DNA from: Entomortierella parvispora E1425
Lineage: Eukaryota; Fungi; Mortierellomycota
Reading direction: 5' to 3'
DNA: 64,000 nt
NCBI GenBank assembly: GCA_020891255.1
Contig: BQFW01000009.1
Span: 1,612,001 to 1,676,000, forward strand
Shown: positions 49,501 through 62,520 of the stretch, in pieces
How the letters are laid out: each line of letters begins with the position of its first letter
Position numbering within the stretch: position 1 is the first letter of the stretch
Translations under genes and position numbers: made by a program
Notes under the pieces: generated by a model
The model's database searches: none
The model's input: the letters and a program-made list of their open reading frames with translations, nothing else
Told to the model about the DNA's origin: nothing

Positions 49501-50423
49501 CAGAGGGATTCCAGCTCCTGCTCCGGCTCCTGCTCCGGTTCCAGATTCGCCCTCTGTCTGTACCGATTTGTTCCTATATCACAAAACGGAAAATATGGAG
49601 TCTTCAGTCAATGGATCGGATGGATCAAAGGATGAACATAACAAAGTCCAGTGCCATATCCCTTACCTTTCACATTTGACCCAAGGGACTTTGAGAAGAC
49701 TGTCATCCAATCGAGGAGCAATCCCAAAAACTCTCATCCAACGAGGGGTCCAGAAAGGGTTATTGTTGGCATGAATCTCGTCCTGGATCAGATTATACCG
49801 CCATTGTTTCGTCTCCTGTTGACTCAACGCCGTCGCCGGAGCAAATTTGTAGTCTGGAGAAGAGTGATTGCATAAACGAGAAAAAGGACAGTTGAGTTAT
49901 TTCCTCTTCGCGTCTCCATTTGTTTGCTACATGTCATGCATATCGTCATCCACTGAGAAAAAAGAACGATCTTTGTCCCGGTCTCCCATCGTCCTTGCTC
50001 CAACGATTAACAAACACGCGACCAAAAGAAGGAAAAAAATGAAAAGAGATGAAAATGATTGCTAAACTGGCTGGTTTCCTTACTCTGTCTGCCGGGCACT
50101 GAAGTCGCCTTGACGATGACTTTGATCTTGCGGGCATATTTCTCAGACCTCATAAAGTTCTTGACCACGCCCTCCAGCGCGAGATCTGTATTGGTCAGCA
50201 ATGGACCGGCATTTCCCACAATGCCAGGTCCTCCTGTAGACGAGTGAGAGTGGTGAAGTGGGGGATGCCTTGAAGAGGATCCATGATGAAGGGATCCTGA
50301 ATCCATACTGGTTCGACTTTCGGGCTTCTTCCTTGGAGGTTGAATGACGGTCGTTGATGCAGGGTTCGAGTCGATCGATGGTTGTGGTGGAGCAGTCTTG
50401 GTCATGGTAGGATGAGCATCCAT
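46532..50423 (-). CDS. TTC14-like TPR protein with a very long Arg/Ser-rich C-terminal tail
   Basis: Spliced exons give YLDLRDEQNRLWAMDSYDQGIQFAASGQVDDAIRAYTQAIQIDNKYLEAFVARGCTFVNLQKFRAAIMDFRQALNLDPTNQLASQYL, which resembles the TTC14 TPR block as I recall it. The final exon 48838-46532 encodes about 768 aa of RS/RD low-complexity sequence. Confidence 0.78.
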
Positions 50424-51368
50424 CTTTTGATTCAACTGAGCGCGAAGAGCAAGCAAGGCGGGCGTAGAGGGACACAGAGAGGGAGATTGTTTGTTTGGAG
50501 ACTACTGAGCCTTTCAAAAAGCTGCTTCCGACACCTTTCTTTTTGTTAAATAGATGCGAGGGGATGGTGATGAAAAGAGTTCAAGGGAAAGGGAGGACGA
50601 GAATGCAAGAGTCCTGATGGGGATGAAAGTGAGCAAGTCGTGTGAGTGGTGCGTTGATTGTCTGTCTGTTCTGTCTGTGGGCCCACAACTGATGCGATGA
50701 TGCCGGGGAATCGTGCCAGGACAAGGAAGGTGGGAGGAAGTGCGCCCCCACGCTGGATGAACTTCGTGAAGGTACACCCTTAATGAAATGAGCACCTGGC
50801 CGACCAAGTCACGTGCTGAAATGTATTTCCACAAGGGCTGCTGCCGCGGATTGCTGGTTCTCCCTCTCACCTTCCCATAACAAAGGTGCGCGTTGGATCC
50901 ATGCACTCGTTGCACCCATCGATCCATCCATCGTCTTCAGGAGATCACCGAATGGACTTGACCTCAACAACAACCTCGACATGCACACGGACTCTAGGAT
51001 AAATGCTGGATGTTCACTTTGGACACTACCTCTGAGCTAGGATGAAAAATTATCACCATCTTCAAAAAGGAACATGAACGAATTCAACATCTCAGAGATC
51101 ACTTCATTCGTGAAATCACTTCAGACATGGATGATCTCTGTCCGTCTATATTACAAACCCTACAGACAGTCTGCTGATCTCGAGGAACGATCTTTGACCT
51201 GGCTTCACCATCGCAGGATGCATCCATCCAATTCATCAGGATTCATCAGGATTCATCATCAATTTCTCCACTTGGACATCGGATAATTTTCATTTTCATG
51301 ATCGTTTTAAAAAAGCAGTCGAAATCCATGGACTAATCAGACCAAACCTGAACAATCCAACCTAGAAG

Positions 51369-52292
51369 ATGGCTCAGCGTCTCACTTACCGCCGCCGTTT
51401 GTCGTACAACACCAAGTCCAACAGGACTCGCGTCGTCAAGACCCCCGGTGGTCGCTTGACTTGGCTCTATGAGAAGAAGCCCGGTACCGCCCCCAAGTGC
51501 GGTGACTGCGGTGTCGCTCTTCCCGGTGTAAGTCTCTTCTTCCGTTCAAAGGATAGGATCAGTGTTCATAGGACAACCTCGGAACAACCAAAAAAAATAT
51601 GGACCTATGAGTGATGTCAGGAATCGAACCTTGCAATTGAGGCGGAAACCAGGATTCGATGAAACGTTTCCCAGCAATGAGGAGGACTTGGTTGGACGAC
51701 AGAGCTGAGATGACCTCAATTATGAAATCATGCAGACCATACCTCGCTGCTTTGGATGCAGCTTCAATCTCGGAAAACAAATCAACTTTGGTCAATCGCT
51801 TCAACGCAGATCACCACAACGCAGCCACCGCCCTAGAGTCTCTTTGTCAAAAGGCTGGTTGATGTTTGACGTTTGAATCGTCTGTGTCAAGAAGCCTGCA
51901 GAGAAGCATTTTTATGGCAGTATCGCCCACGTTCAGACACCATCGGCTTCCCCCTACATCTTTGATCTGGACAGAAAATGACCAAACCTTCAGGATTTCA
52001 ATACTCTCAATACTTCAGTCAGACTGATGCAAAATGAAACTCTGTATAACTGACTTGTTTTCCTTCCTCGTCTTTTGATTCTTGCGTTTAGGTCCCTGCT
52101 CTCCGCCCCACCGAGTACGCTCGCATCTCCCGCCGCCAGAAGACCGTTAACCGTGCCTATGGTGGTTCCCGTTGCGCTAACTGCGTCCGTGACAGAATCG
52201 TCCGCGCTTTCTTGATCGAGGAGCAGAAGATTGTCAAGAAGGTCATCAAGGCCCAGGCCAAGTCTGCCAAGCCCGTCAAGGCCTCCAAGTAA
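51369..52292 (+). CDS. RPL34: 60S ribosomal protein L34 (eL34), 119 aa
   Basis: [28 protein letters not shown]...PKCGDCG...[31 protein letters not shown]. Exons 51369-51527 and 52092-52292. Confidence 0.99.
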
Positions 52293-54781
52293 ATTATTTG
52301 CACCTTGTGTAATTTACTGGGATTTTCAATAAAAAACAGACAAGAACCATCATAACAGAAAAACGCCCCCTCTACAACAAACTCAAATCTACCCCGCAAA
52401 CACGGAATGATGTTCAGCACTTACTGGCTGGATCTACTTGTTCAAGGAAACAAGGAGAAGGCGGATTAAATCGCGAAGCAATATTGAAATCTATGGTCGA
52501 AGATAAAAGTTGATCGACGGGAAAAAGATGGCGCGTTGGAGACTTTGCAATAACTCTCATCAGCCGAGAGAACAGACGCGGCGGAGACGAGGTCACCCCT
52601 GTCCATATTGTTGTGGGATTGAGGTTGAAAAAGAGACATGCACGCGCAGACCTTTACTCGCTTCTCCACAACCACTTTCAGACCCCACTTCGCAAGACAT
52701 CTCTGTTGTTCCGCATGTGTGGTTCTCAGAGACTCGGAAGACTACTGCAATAAGTCGATCCGGATAGCACCTCCACAGACCATGACAGCAATGCAAAGCT
52801 CCTGCAGGCATGCAAAGGGGATTGAGACTCGGGTTTCACAAAGGTCAAAAAAGAATGGCCCAGTCTAGATCCGCAATGGTCGCGGTTTGTCGTTTTGTTT
52901 GAAAGGAAACAAAAAAAAAAAAAAGAGATTCAATTCCTGTTCCCAACCGCGCCTACTTTTTCAGATGAATTACACTTCCTTTGCATGACTTGCATATGGT
53001 TGCCCTCTATCAAGAGTCATACGTTAGTCTAGCCCGGGCTGCTGCAGTCTTCGCATTCTTGCGCAACAGGTATAAAAAAAAAAAGAGCTTAAAATGAAGC
53101 ACGGGAAAGGAAGGAGGGGAAAACGATTACCCGTTTTCGCGGAACGATCACCCTTGATCATGCTTCTGTCGAAAGGGGGGATGGAGAGGGATTCGGAAGG
53201 TTTGGCCGGCTGTTTTTGGAAGACTTGACCGCGCAATCGGCCAACGGGTCAACGCGCTCAAAAAAAAAAAAAGAAAAAAAATAAGCCGAGACCAAGAAGG
53301 AAGAGGGGGATCGATGAAGGTGAAGGGGTCAAGACACGATCCAAAGGCGCATATTTTTTTTAGCTTGTATGTTTTGCCTAAACTTGTCTCCGGGAGATTG
53401 ATTGAGAGTTGAAGCATGTCCTCATCAAACGGAAGGATGATACTCTTGAAGAATACGTGGTTGTCTCTTCACAGAGATATGGCATGATGTTTTTTTTTTT
53501 TTTTTTTTTGCCAGAAACATGGGCGGTGTTCGGACAGAAATCGATCGAAATTGATCGACATTTTCGACTGCCCCTGCTTGATGCTGTGGTCGAGACATCA
53601 TCTGCTCACAGAATCGAAGCACAAAGAAGTCAGGCCGCGTTGGGGAGAAACGCAGCATTTTTTTTTATTTTTTTTTTGTCGGGTTGGTAGACTAAAGCAG
53701 ATGAGAGCAAGTGCCGAGCCTGGTGACCAGGATCATAGATCGGATCCACCCTCTCCTCGTCATTGTCATTCGTTTTAAGTTGCTCCTAGTAGAACAGACA
53801 CTCTTGATCAACCAGCTCCAGACTAGACTGTCGAGCAGAGGACGAGAGACTCCACCAGAGACGCACAAAAGAACAAATGGGCAGTGTCGAAAAGAAAATG
53901 CTTAATTTCTGGCCGGATAAAGTGTTTAGTCGACCCAAAAAGTTGTTTTCCTGAGAATTCTGGGAGAATGGAGTACAGAAGGAATGAAGGGCAACTCGTC
54001 CTCTCGCCTTCTTGACTGGCTGGACTGAACCTGCAGCCCCTGTCGCTCTGCAGTCGTTGTTTTTGTTTGTGCTGCTGATAGTGATGGATGTGATGGATAG
54101 CACCAGCTGGCAGGAAAGTATGATAAAGACGGCCAAGGCCAAGTCAAGGCAAAGGGCTGAAAAGGGAGGGGAGAGAGAGGAGGCCAGCCAACAGCCAGCA
54201 CTTGAGGACGTAATATCCATCGCAACCACAAGCTGGGCAAAATTGTCAAGAGAGACACGCACTTGCAGCCGAGCACTTGCACAGACAAGAGAGTGGCGAC
54301 GGAGGTTGTCTGTCATGCATGACTCTTGAGGTTCATCCAGGCGGGCGAACAGATAGACGCGCAGAGGAAGGCTAGCAAGAAAGAGATGGACAGACAGACA
54401 AAAAGAAAAAGCCGGACAGACAGAAAGTAACCGACCCACACAGCACGCCCGTCCTCCCCAGTCGGGTGTCGCTCCGGCCGACTCATCCTTCTCCCGCCAC
54501 TGCTCATCCCACTTCCTTTCTTCCTTCTCTCCCAATCTCCTTCACTCTCTCCTTCATCGATCCATCTCGCTGTCCATCCACCCCCTGCCCGTGGATCCAT
54601 TGCTCAGCTGACCCCACGTTTCTCTATTTTTTCATCGAGTTTTCTGCATCCACCTGGACTCTTGCAGTTGATCATCGCCATTGTTTCTCCTTTTGAACTC
54701 AGTTTCTTTTCGCTTTACAAACACAACTCACTCAGCACCCCTCGCGCCTCTCACCCCCCCCCTCTTCCTCCCCCATTCCCC

Positions 54782-57700
54782 ATGGCCGACAACAAACGGC
54801 TTAGGGTGTCAAAGGTACATTGGCTCTCTTTCCCACCCATCCATGGACACTGCGTCGACCCGTGGAGCCTGGAATACAGTCGGAAGACACCTGATAAAAA
54901 TGACCAAAAAGAAAAAGAAAAAAAAAAAGTTCAACAAAAGCACAGCAGCGGCAGCAGTAGGGAACAGCCATGCCGTCTCTTTTTTGTTCCCTGGCAGGGG
55001 ACGGAAAAGCATGGTCCGACCCAACATAAGCTCACCCCGTACATCGAGATTGGGACACAAACCCGAAAAAAGAAAAAAGAAAAATGCAAACACCGACCAA
55101 CATCGAACAGACTTCCAGCAAGGCGCAACCGACAACGGCCGGACTCGTGCCAGGCGGACAGACCCGACAGCCAATCCTTCTTTATTCTTTATTGTGCCAA
55201 TATCTCTAAATCTGAGCACAAAGGCGATGGGCGATGGGGGGGGGGGGGGGGGAGAGAGAGAGAGAGAGATGATTGAGCACTTGTAGCTGGGAGGGAACGA
55301 ACGAGAGCACCAGCAACAAATAAGAACGGAAGCAGTAGGCCCAAAAAAAAGCATACCCGGCATAAGCTCGAGACAACAGGAGCGCCACAACCTGGGACGC
55401 TTGTGTGTGTGTGTGTGTGTGTGGTTGCACATGACATGGTCACCTTGAATGACTCCATCCTGAGACTGGCTGATGGGAGAAGGGATGAGTGAGAGAGAGA
55501 GCGCAAAAGTGATCTCGGGCAGGAGCCTTTGCTTCTCGCTGCCTCCAACCCCCCTAGTCCAACGAGTCCTGCGTGCTAACAAAACCTCCTGCTCTCCCCC
55601 TCTCCTTTTTTTCCTTCTTTCGTTGCCACTGTTTCTGAATACGTTCTAGGCCTGTGACTCCTGTCGCCGTAAAAAAGTCAAGTGTGGTAGGTGATCATGG
55701 CCGGTGGGGTGGTGAAGGGATGATGACGGTCGCTCCCTTGCATTGTGGCATTGTATCGGCAGTGTCATTGTCAGCATCGATATCCAGCACAGTTGGGGCT
55801 GCAGTGTTGCCATAAGCAATACTCACGATCGACCGACTATCGATCGGTGGTTTGCTGATGGGGCTCATCCCTCGACTGGCTGCGTTCCTGATCGTGGCGC
55901 ATCGCTCCGCTTGATCAGTCGTTCTGCTGGGTTCCTTTTGCATGTCTCTCTCATCTGCTTGCATGGACGTTGATCACTCGCAAGATCTCCCCGTTGATGT
56001 CTTTTCCCTCTTTGCCCAATAGATGCGCTTCATCCTCTATGCACCAACTGCCAGACCTTCAACTATGAGTGTAAGCACTGCAGATCTCTCCTGCAAACTC
56101 ATTGGTCACAGACGCTCACGAACGAATCCGACGGATTAATTTTATTTGGTTTATCCTTTTTTGCAGGCACATACAACGACCCCACCAAGAAGCGAGGACC
56201 CCCAAAAGGTACTGCCGAGAGAAACAGCACGATAGGGTTCTTTTAAAAAAGTTTCAGAAAGCTAATACCACCTCTGCTACGATTCGATCTCAGGGTATAT
56301 CGAGGCAATTGAAGCTCGTCTCCACCGGATGGAGGGACTTCTTGGCGGACTGGTCAAGGACAAGGATCCAAGAGCAGAGATTGTTCGTGCCGAGCTGGAT
56401 GCAATGGCCAGGGAGGCTGAGATGACTGGATTAAAGCTGCGTCGATCCAAGGCATACGAAGAGATCAACCATGTATGTCCATTCTGACCTTGTATTTGTT
56501 TCAGAGACAATAGCTCGCTGACACTAAATTCACCCCAATCTCAATAGGCCATGACTGCTTCGTCAGCATCATCTTCGTCGGGGCCAGGATCCTCTTCTGC
56601 TTCGGCTCTGACATCTACTAGCACACATGCTTCGTCCTCGACCGTTAAAACTCCCCATCAAGTCCAGGCCGGGAAGGCTCCTGTGCGCCAGCATCAGCAG
56701 TCGCAGCAGCACTATCAGAATCAAAACCAGAGCCACATTCCACATCAGCATCAGCATCACCACCAGCAGCACTCGTATCAGCATCACCACTCGCACCACG
56801 GTTCAGCAACGTCATCTCAGAATGCTTCATCTGGTCGCCCATCAATGACACAGCATGGTGCCTCATCACACCATCGCCCTCCTCAAAACGAACCTGTTCC
56901 TACTTCATCTCAAGGGACTCGTAACACATCTGGGGGATCTTTTGGCTACCAAGGCCACCCACAGGAGCACAGTGGCTATCCACAGCCACAGCACCACCAG
57001 TACTCGCACAGATACCCTGCTCATGGCCAGTCCCATCAAGGCCAGACATACCCTCCTCAGTACTCGAGCTCTCCGTACAGTCAAAACTCAATGGCTCGAC
57101 AGGATCACCAGCCTCTCTATTCTCACCAGGATGCTCACCGTGCTCACAGCTCTTCCGGTTATGGTTCTGCCGTATCCCCGCCCATGCATCACATTAAGCA
57201 GGAAGAGCCAAGACCTATGTCAGGGCTAGTGGCGGATAATTCTCAGAACATGGGATACCAGCAGGAACATTATCAGGTCTCTAATGATCATCGCCAGTCG
57301 ACCTCAGGATACACCTCCTATCCTCCGCCAAACAATTCTTTGACAGGGTACATGCCTCTGCCAAAGGAAAATGTGGCCCTCGTCATGCCTTCTCCAGACG
57401 TCATTGATCATTTGTTGAAGGTCCACTTTCGATTCGTGCACCCTGTCTTGCCAATGTTGCATTACAAGACTCTCTCGGACCAAATCCATCGGCACGAAAC
57501 GCCACAGTCCCATCTCATTTTTGCGATTCTTGGACTGTCGTCTCGATTCAGTGACGACGCCGCCTTCAGAACGCCTCAACCAGGCGCAGATCGACCTCCT
57601 TGCACAATCTTTTATGAACGTGCAAAGTACTTTATCAAAGAAGAGTACGATAATTCCCAGCTGGGAACTGTCCAGGCCCTTCTTTTGATGGCGATTCAGC

Positions 57701-59923
57701 AAATGGGCTTTTGTGAGAATCAAAGGGCCTGGCTCTACGTCGGAATGGCCATTCGAATGGCTCAGGATCTAGGCTTGAACAAAGAGCTGTCAGAGCAGGA
57801 ACAATCCAGGAACAGACTCTTGGCGGAGATGAGAAGAAGAACTTGGTGGTCTTGCTATGTAGTGGAACGCCTCGTTTGTGCTGGTCTTGGAAGGTAAGAG
57901 ATATGAAGTCGATGCTTTTTTTTCTTGATTCTGTGGACTCGACCTTAACCCGTTTATTTTTTGTAACTTTAGACCACTCACCATCACACACAAAGAATGC
58001 GAGACTGCTCTGCCACAGTACGATGATGACGAGGGTAACCTTCCAGAGATGAAGGCTGTGGTAGGACGGCCAACCGTCGTCTCCAACTTTGTACATCTCA
58101 TAACTCTCTCCAAGATCCAGGGCCACATTCTCGAGTTTATCAAGGCCAGGGCGATTCAGGCCCACAACAGTAGCAACGAAGGAGGTTCGTTCTCGCCCAA
58201 CCCCAATCTGGGATCAGACCAAGAGCGGGAACCTCGCATTGACACCAGTCAAAACGCCTTCTTCTCTCTGGATAAGGCGCTCACTACCTGGCGCCAGAAC
58301 TTGCCTGAGTCTCTCCAGAACCCCACTGCAGACTCGCCTCACTTTGGACTTTTTATCCACCTGACCTACAATACCCTGATCATTCTTCTCCACCGCCCCG
58401 AGGTCCCCAGCTCAGCTACATCCGCATCACTCTGCACACAGGCTGCTGCCACGATCACCGACATTGTTGAGATCCTTATGGATGCCAAAGCTCTGACATC
58501 CATGTTTATCAGCTGCCTCTACGCCATCTTCTCTGCCGGGTTGATTCATTTCATGAATATCCCCAGCGTCAAGCGCTCCACCAACTCTGCGACCTCCAGC
58601 CCCACTATGGCTCATACCAGGGTCGGCTCACCTAGCCATACGCACTCTGCCAAGACGAACCTGAAGCGTTGCATTGACGCCCTCAAGTTTTTGGCGTCCC
58701 ATTGGGTCAGCGCTGCTCGACGAGCCAAGGTCTTGGAGGATCTTTTGGATCTGAAGCATGTGAGTCTGAAGGACCTAGAGGCTGATTCGTTCAAGACTGT
58801 TCCTTTGGAGCCAGAATGGGCTGTCAACACTACTGGATACAACAGCGTCCTGGTCATTCCAAGAGAAGGGCACGACAAATTACGCCAGCAGTGTCGCTCC
58901 AAGATGATGGCTATCCACTCGCTTCTCGCTGATGACGACGATTACGACAGGATGCAGCAACGACGCGGCTTTAGCATGGACCAAGACGAAATGAGCGAGC
59001 AACGGATGGAGAGTAGCGTTGACGAAGACCGGGACCAGTCCATGGATGTCACTATGGATAACTACCAGTCGCCATCTGGAACCGATAAAGGCTCCGAAAT
59101 TAAAGATGGCGGTCTGCGGTCTCCACCAACTACATCGAGCTCTGCGGTGTCTTCGCCCAACACGAACCGCTCCGATCAAAAGACAATGCCTGTCCAGTTT
59201 GATGCTGACCCCATGATGCTGATCTCGACAGCAAACCTGGGCTTTTCCGATAGCCCAGCGGTGGCAGCAGAATCGGATCACCAGCCCGTGACCATGGCCG
59301 CCATGGATTATCAGCCCCAGTCCTCGGCAGTTGACTCTAGTGGTGAATCACATATGAATGGTTCCGTGAGCGCCAACCCAGCCACATCAGGTGCCAATGC
59401 TGGTGCCCAGGTGACCATGCTGGACCCCTTCTCAATGCCGAGCAGCATCACGTTCCCAGATCACGGCCATGCCCGCCGGACAAGTTGTAGTTCAGGACTG
59501 AACATGACGTTTGGCAAGCCCACAACAGTATGGTCTGTGGATGCTCATACTCAGAGATCTTCTGCCAGGACCGACCCATCGTCGCCTGCCTCGGCTCCAT
59601 CGTCGTCTCAGTCGTCGCCCATGACCAGGCCCTGTACTCTGGCGGGTCAGATCATGGATCTTCACGATCCAAAGCGTGCCTATGACAGGTCTGGCTCTAT
59701 CGCCTCTGTTTCGAGAAAGAGCAGCTCACCTCACTTGGGCTGGTCTGCCTCCTCTCCTTCAAACATGTGCACTGTGGACGAATCTGAGCAAGAGGACCAA
59801 GACCTGGTCTGGAGTGATATGCCCCCTACTCTGGGATTGGACGAGTGGATGGCTTATATTGGAGCAATGATGATGAGATGGCTCGCTAGCGGGCAATCTT
59901 CTCCAAAGTCAACGACGTCCTGA
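54782..59923 (+). CDS. Zn(II)2Cys6 transcription factor with fungal-specific TF (middle homology) domain
   Basis: Seven exons give KRLRVSKACDSCRRKKVKCDALHPLCTNCQTFNYECTYNDPTKKRGPPKGYIEAIEARL, then a Q/H-rich linker, then HFRFVHPVLPMLH...WLYVGMAIRMAQDLGLN...RRRTWWSCYVVER. Confidence 0.96.
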
Positions 59924-60286
59924 TTTTTTTTTTTTTTGTTTTTTGTTTTGGGCAACTCTTAATATCATTCACCCTTTTAATCGCGGCGGTTGCTCTTCTC
60001 CACTCCTTCTATTTCTTATCACATCTTCGTTACCGCCCACGATCATACCCTTTACCGCCAGGATATCATTCTGTAAAATAGTCTTCATAAGTGGGAAAAA
60101 ATAACAATGAAAACAAAAACGCGATCTTTGTTCGCGCACCATCCCATATCTTAGTACTTTGTTTGGGTGACATGGAAGCAGTTTATTCAAGAGCACAGCA
60201 TACAAAAAAAAGGGCAAAAAAGATCCCTAGTTCAGTCGAAAAATAAGGACGGGGTATCAAGGAAGAACTATTTACAGGAGGGATTC

Positions 60287-62520
60287 CTAAAGAATGATGA
60301 CGATCATGACCAAGACAGCGCTGAGAGCAGCCCAGTTGCCCTTGATGACTTCGGCCGAGTTGGCCTTCTTTGTACTGGCCTCATCGATTGGAACAGTGGC
60401 CGTGTTGCCAGAGTTGGTGGTTGGGTTGATGGCAGGGATCACGGCGGCCGCTGGTTTTGGAGGGTCAACCTTCTTGGCAACCAGTCCATATGGCGATCCC
60501 AAGGCTGTCATGACGTGATAGTCAACCTTGGTGGGGTTGCCAGCCACGGCCTTGAAGCCAAGATCCTTCTGAACCTGGGTTGAGCGCTTCTCGACCCACT
60601 CCAAGAGACCCCATTTTTCGTCATTAATACCCTTCTGAAGACCCTTGGAGAGATCCTCGAGCTTAAAGTTCTCATTCTTGCCCTTGGACCAGCGCTTCAA
60701 GGATCGGTCCCAGGCAACATCTTCCGAGATCATCTTCTTGTAAGCCTCCAGACGTGGGGAAACAGCTGAGGGCTTGAAGACATAGTTGACAGTCTCCTTC
60801 AGGATAGCCTCGAACCTCTTGTTGATTTCGGGGGTCTCCATGATCAGTTTTTGGGCCAAGGGGGACTCAAAGCCCTTTTCGTTGACCTTGGGCATAGCCT
60901 TGTAGGACTCGATCTTGCCCTCGAATGAGGTACCAAAGGTATCATCGAAATCTGTGGGCAACCAAGTCCACTTGCCTGTCACGGGATCGTTGTAGATCTG
61001 GTAGTTGGAACCACGACCCCAGTAAGAATCCCAGGAGCCGGTCAAATACTCCATGGCCATACTCTTGAGGAAAAGATCCAGATCCAGACGTTGTTCCCAA
61101 TAGGCGATGGGGTCCTTGACTTTCTTGGGATCGTAGGCCTTGAGGTCAGCCATGAACTTGATCAGGTCCTGCAAGGGATTGTCCTTGGGATTGGCGCCTG
61201 GAAGAATGTTCTTGTAGATATGACCAACGAGATAACTCTTGGAGGTGGGACCCAGCCACTGGAGGTTACCTTCCTGACCACAGCAAGAGTTCATCTTCCA
61301 GAGAGCGCCAGCCTTGGACTTCTTCACGTCCGGGTGAAGGACTTTTTTGATCCAATGCTTCTTCATCTCCTCCATGGCCACAAAGAGACCCACGGGTTTG
61401 CCGTTGAAGAACAAACGAACGTAGGCTGCCTGTTGAGCGGGTACGCCCAAAGAGTTCAAAATATCCACGTAGAGCTTCTCACGCATCATGGTCGGGTCTG
61501 TTTCCTCGTTCCGGAGCTTGAGCGTTGCCAAGTCCAAGAGTCGTTTCGCCTTTGGGAACTTGAATTGATATGCCAGTTTGGCATACTCGCGTGCGGTGGC
61601 GCCCGACAGGTTGAACTCTACATTCTCGATCTTGACATTGTCGTTTGCTCTGTGATGCGGTTTTGTCGAACAAAACAAAAATGCAAAAAAAAAAAAAACT
61701 ATCAGTCGGTTGTCTTGAAGGGCATCCTGTCTCCTTCTTCCTTGTCCGCGCTTTTGGTGCATTTGCTTTCCTTGGTTTTTTTCCCCCTTACCCGATATAA
61801 TGAAAGTTGACTTTGATGTCTGGGGGTTTGAAACCATCTCCACCCTTGTTCAGGTACGCAATCTTTGCTGGGTCGCCCTCCACAAAGATGTTGCCGATAT
61901 AACCCTCTCGGAAGAAGGGCGAGTTTTGCTGGAGTCTGTTCCCATAGACTTGTGGCAGAGGTGGGAGGTTGTGCAGAGTATGGGGGCGATCAAAGAAATC
62001 GTTGGGCGTATGGGCGGCGCCGTCGGGGAGTTTTCGAGGCTCCTTTTCCTTCTTCTCGACCTTGCCAGCCTTGTCGATTTTAACAAAGGTGTATTCGAGG
62101 GGGGCATCGACTCCGGCCACGTTGGCGGACCAGAGTGGGTAGTTGGCTTTGTTGGTGGTGAGCTTTGTCATCTTTCCATTGACCATGACTCCGAATTCAT
62201 CGGTGTCCTTCTCGCGCAACCCCACAAGGTTGAATGTGACTATTCAGTGAAACCATAGAAGAGGCAACTAGGTGAGCAACATGAAAGAGATTTTCATGCT
62301 GGATGATGAAGGATGAGGGGGGAAAAAAGCCGTTGCACTCTTGGTGAGCAAGTGGGCGGCGGACAGAGTTGATCGACTGTCGAGAAAGGGATCACGCGAC
62401 AAAAATGTTCAAAGGCGAGGACTATCAAAGTGTAGGCAAAAGAAGAAGAGGGGCCAAAATGTTACCATCGGCCATGGCCATGGCAGCACACGCCGCCAAC
62501 CCGATCAAGAGGCGAACCAT
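60287..62520 (-). CDS. cotH: CotH kinase-family surface protein with signal peptide and probable GPI signal
   Basis: Exon 1 62520-62466 encodes signal peptide MVRLLIGLAACAAMAMA-D. Exons 62239-61792 and 61649-60287 carry LKLRNEETDPTMMREKLY..AAYVRLFFNG..GLFVAMEE and WLPTDFDDTFG, ending in a hydrophobic C-terminus. Confidence 0.93.

Noticed and set aside
51040-51300. Protein-like stretch upstream of RPL34 (KIITIFKKEHERIQHLRDHFIRE...) and intronic ORF 51659-51862
   Set aside because: Both are short, interrupted by stops and show no recognisable family. They cannot be supported as a gene or TE relic without a database search.
51590-51700. tRNA gene on the minus strand of the RPL34 intron
   Set aside because: The B-box is perfect, but there is no A-box, the T-stem pairs poorly and no acceptor stem forms.
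54809-55582. 257-aa minus-strand ORF
   Set aside because: It is antisense to intron 1 of the Zn2Cys6 gene and is built from microsatellites and homopolymers.
62243-62297. Apparent CotH signal peptide MKISFMLLT* broken by two stops (suggesting pseudogenisation or A-to-I editing)
   Set aside because: This lies inside intron 1. A proper signal-peptide exon at 62520-62466 splices in frame (D-V-T-F-N-L-V-G) through canonical GT-AG sites.
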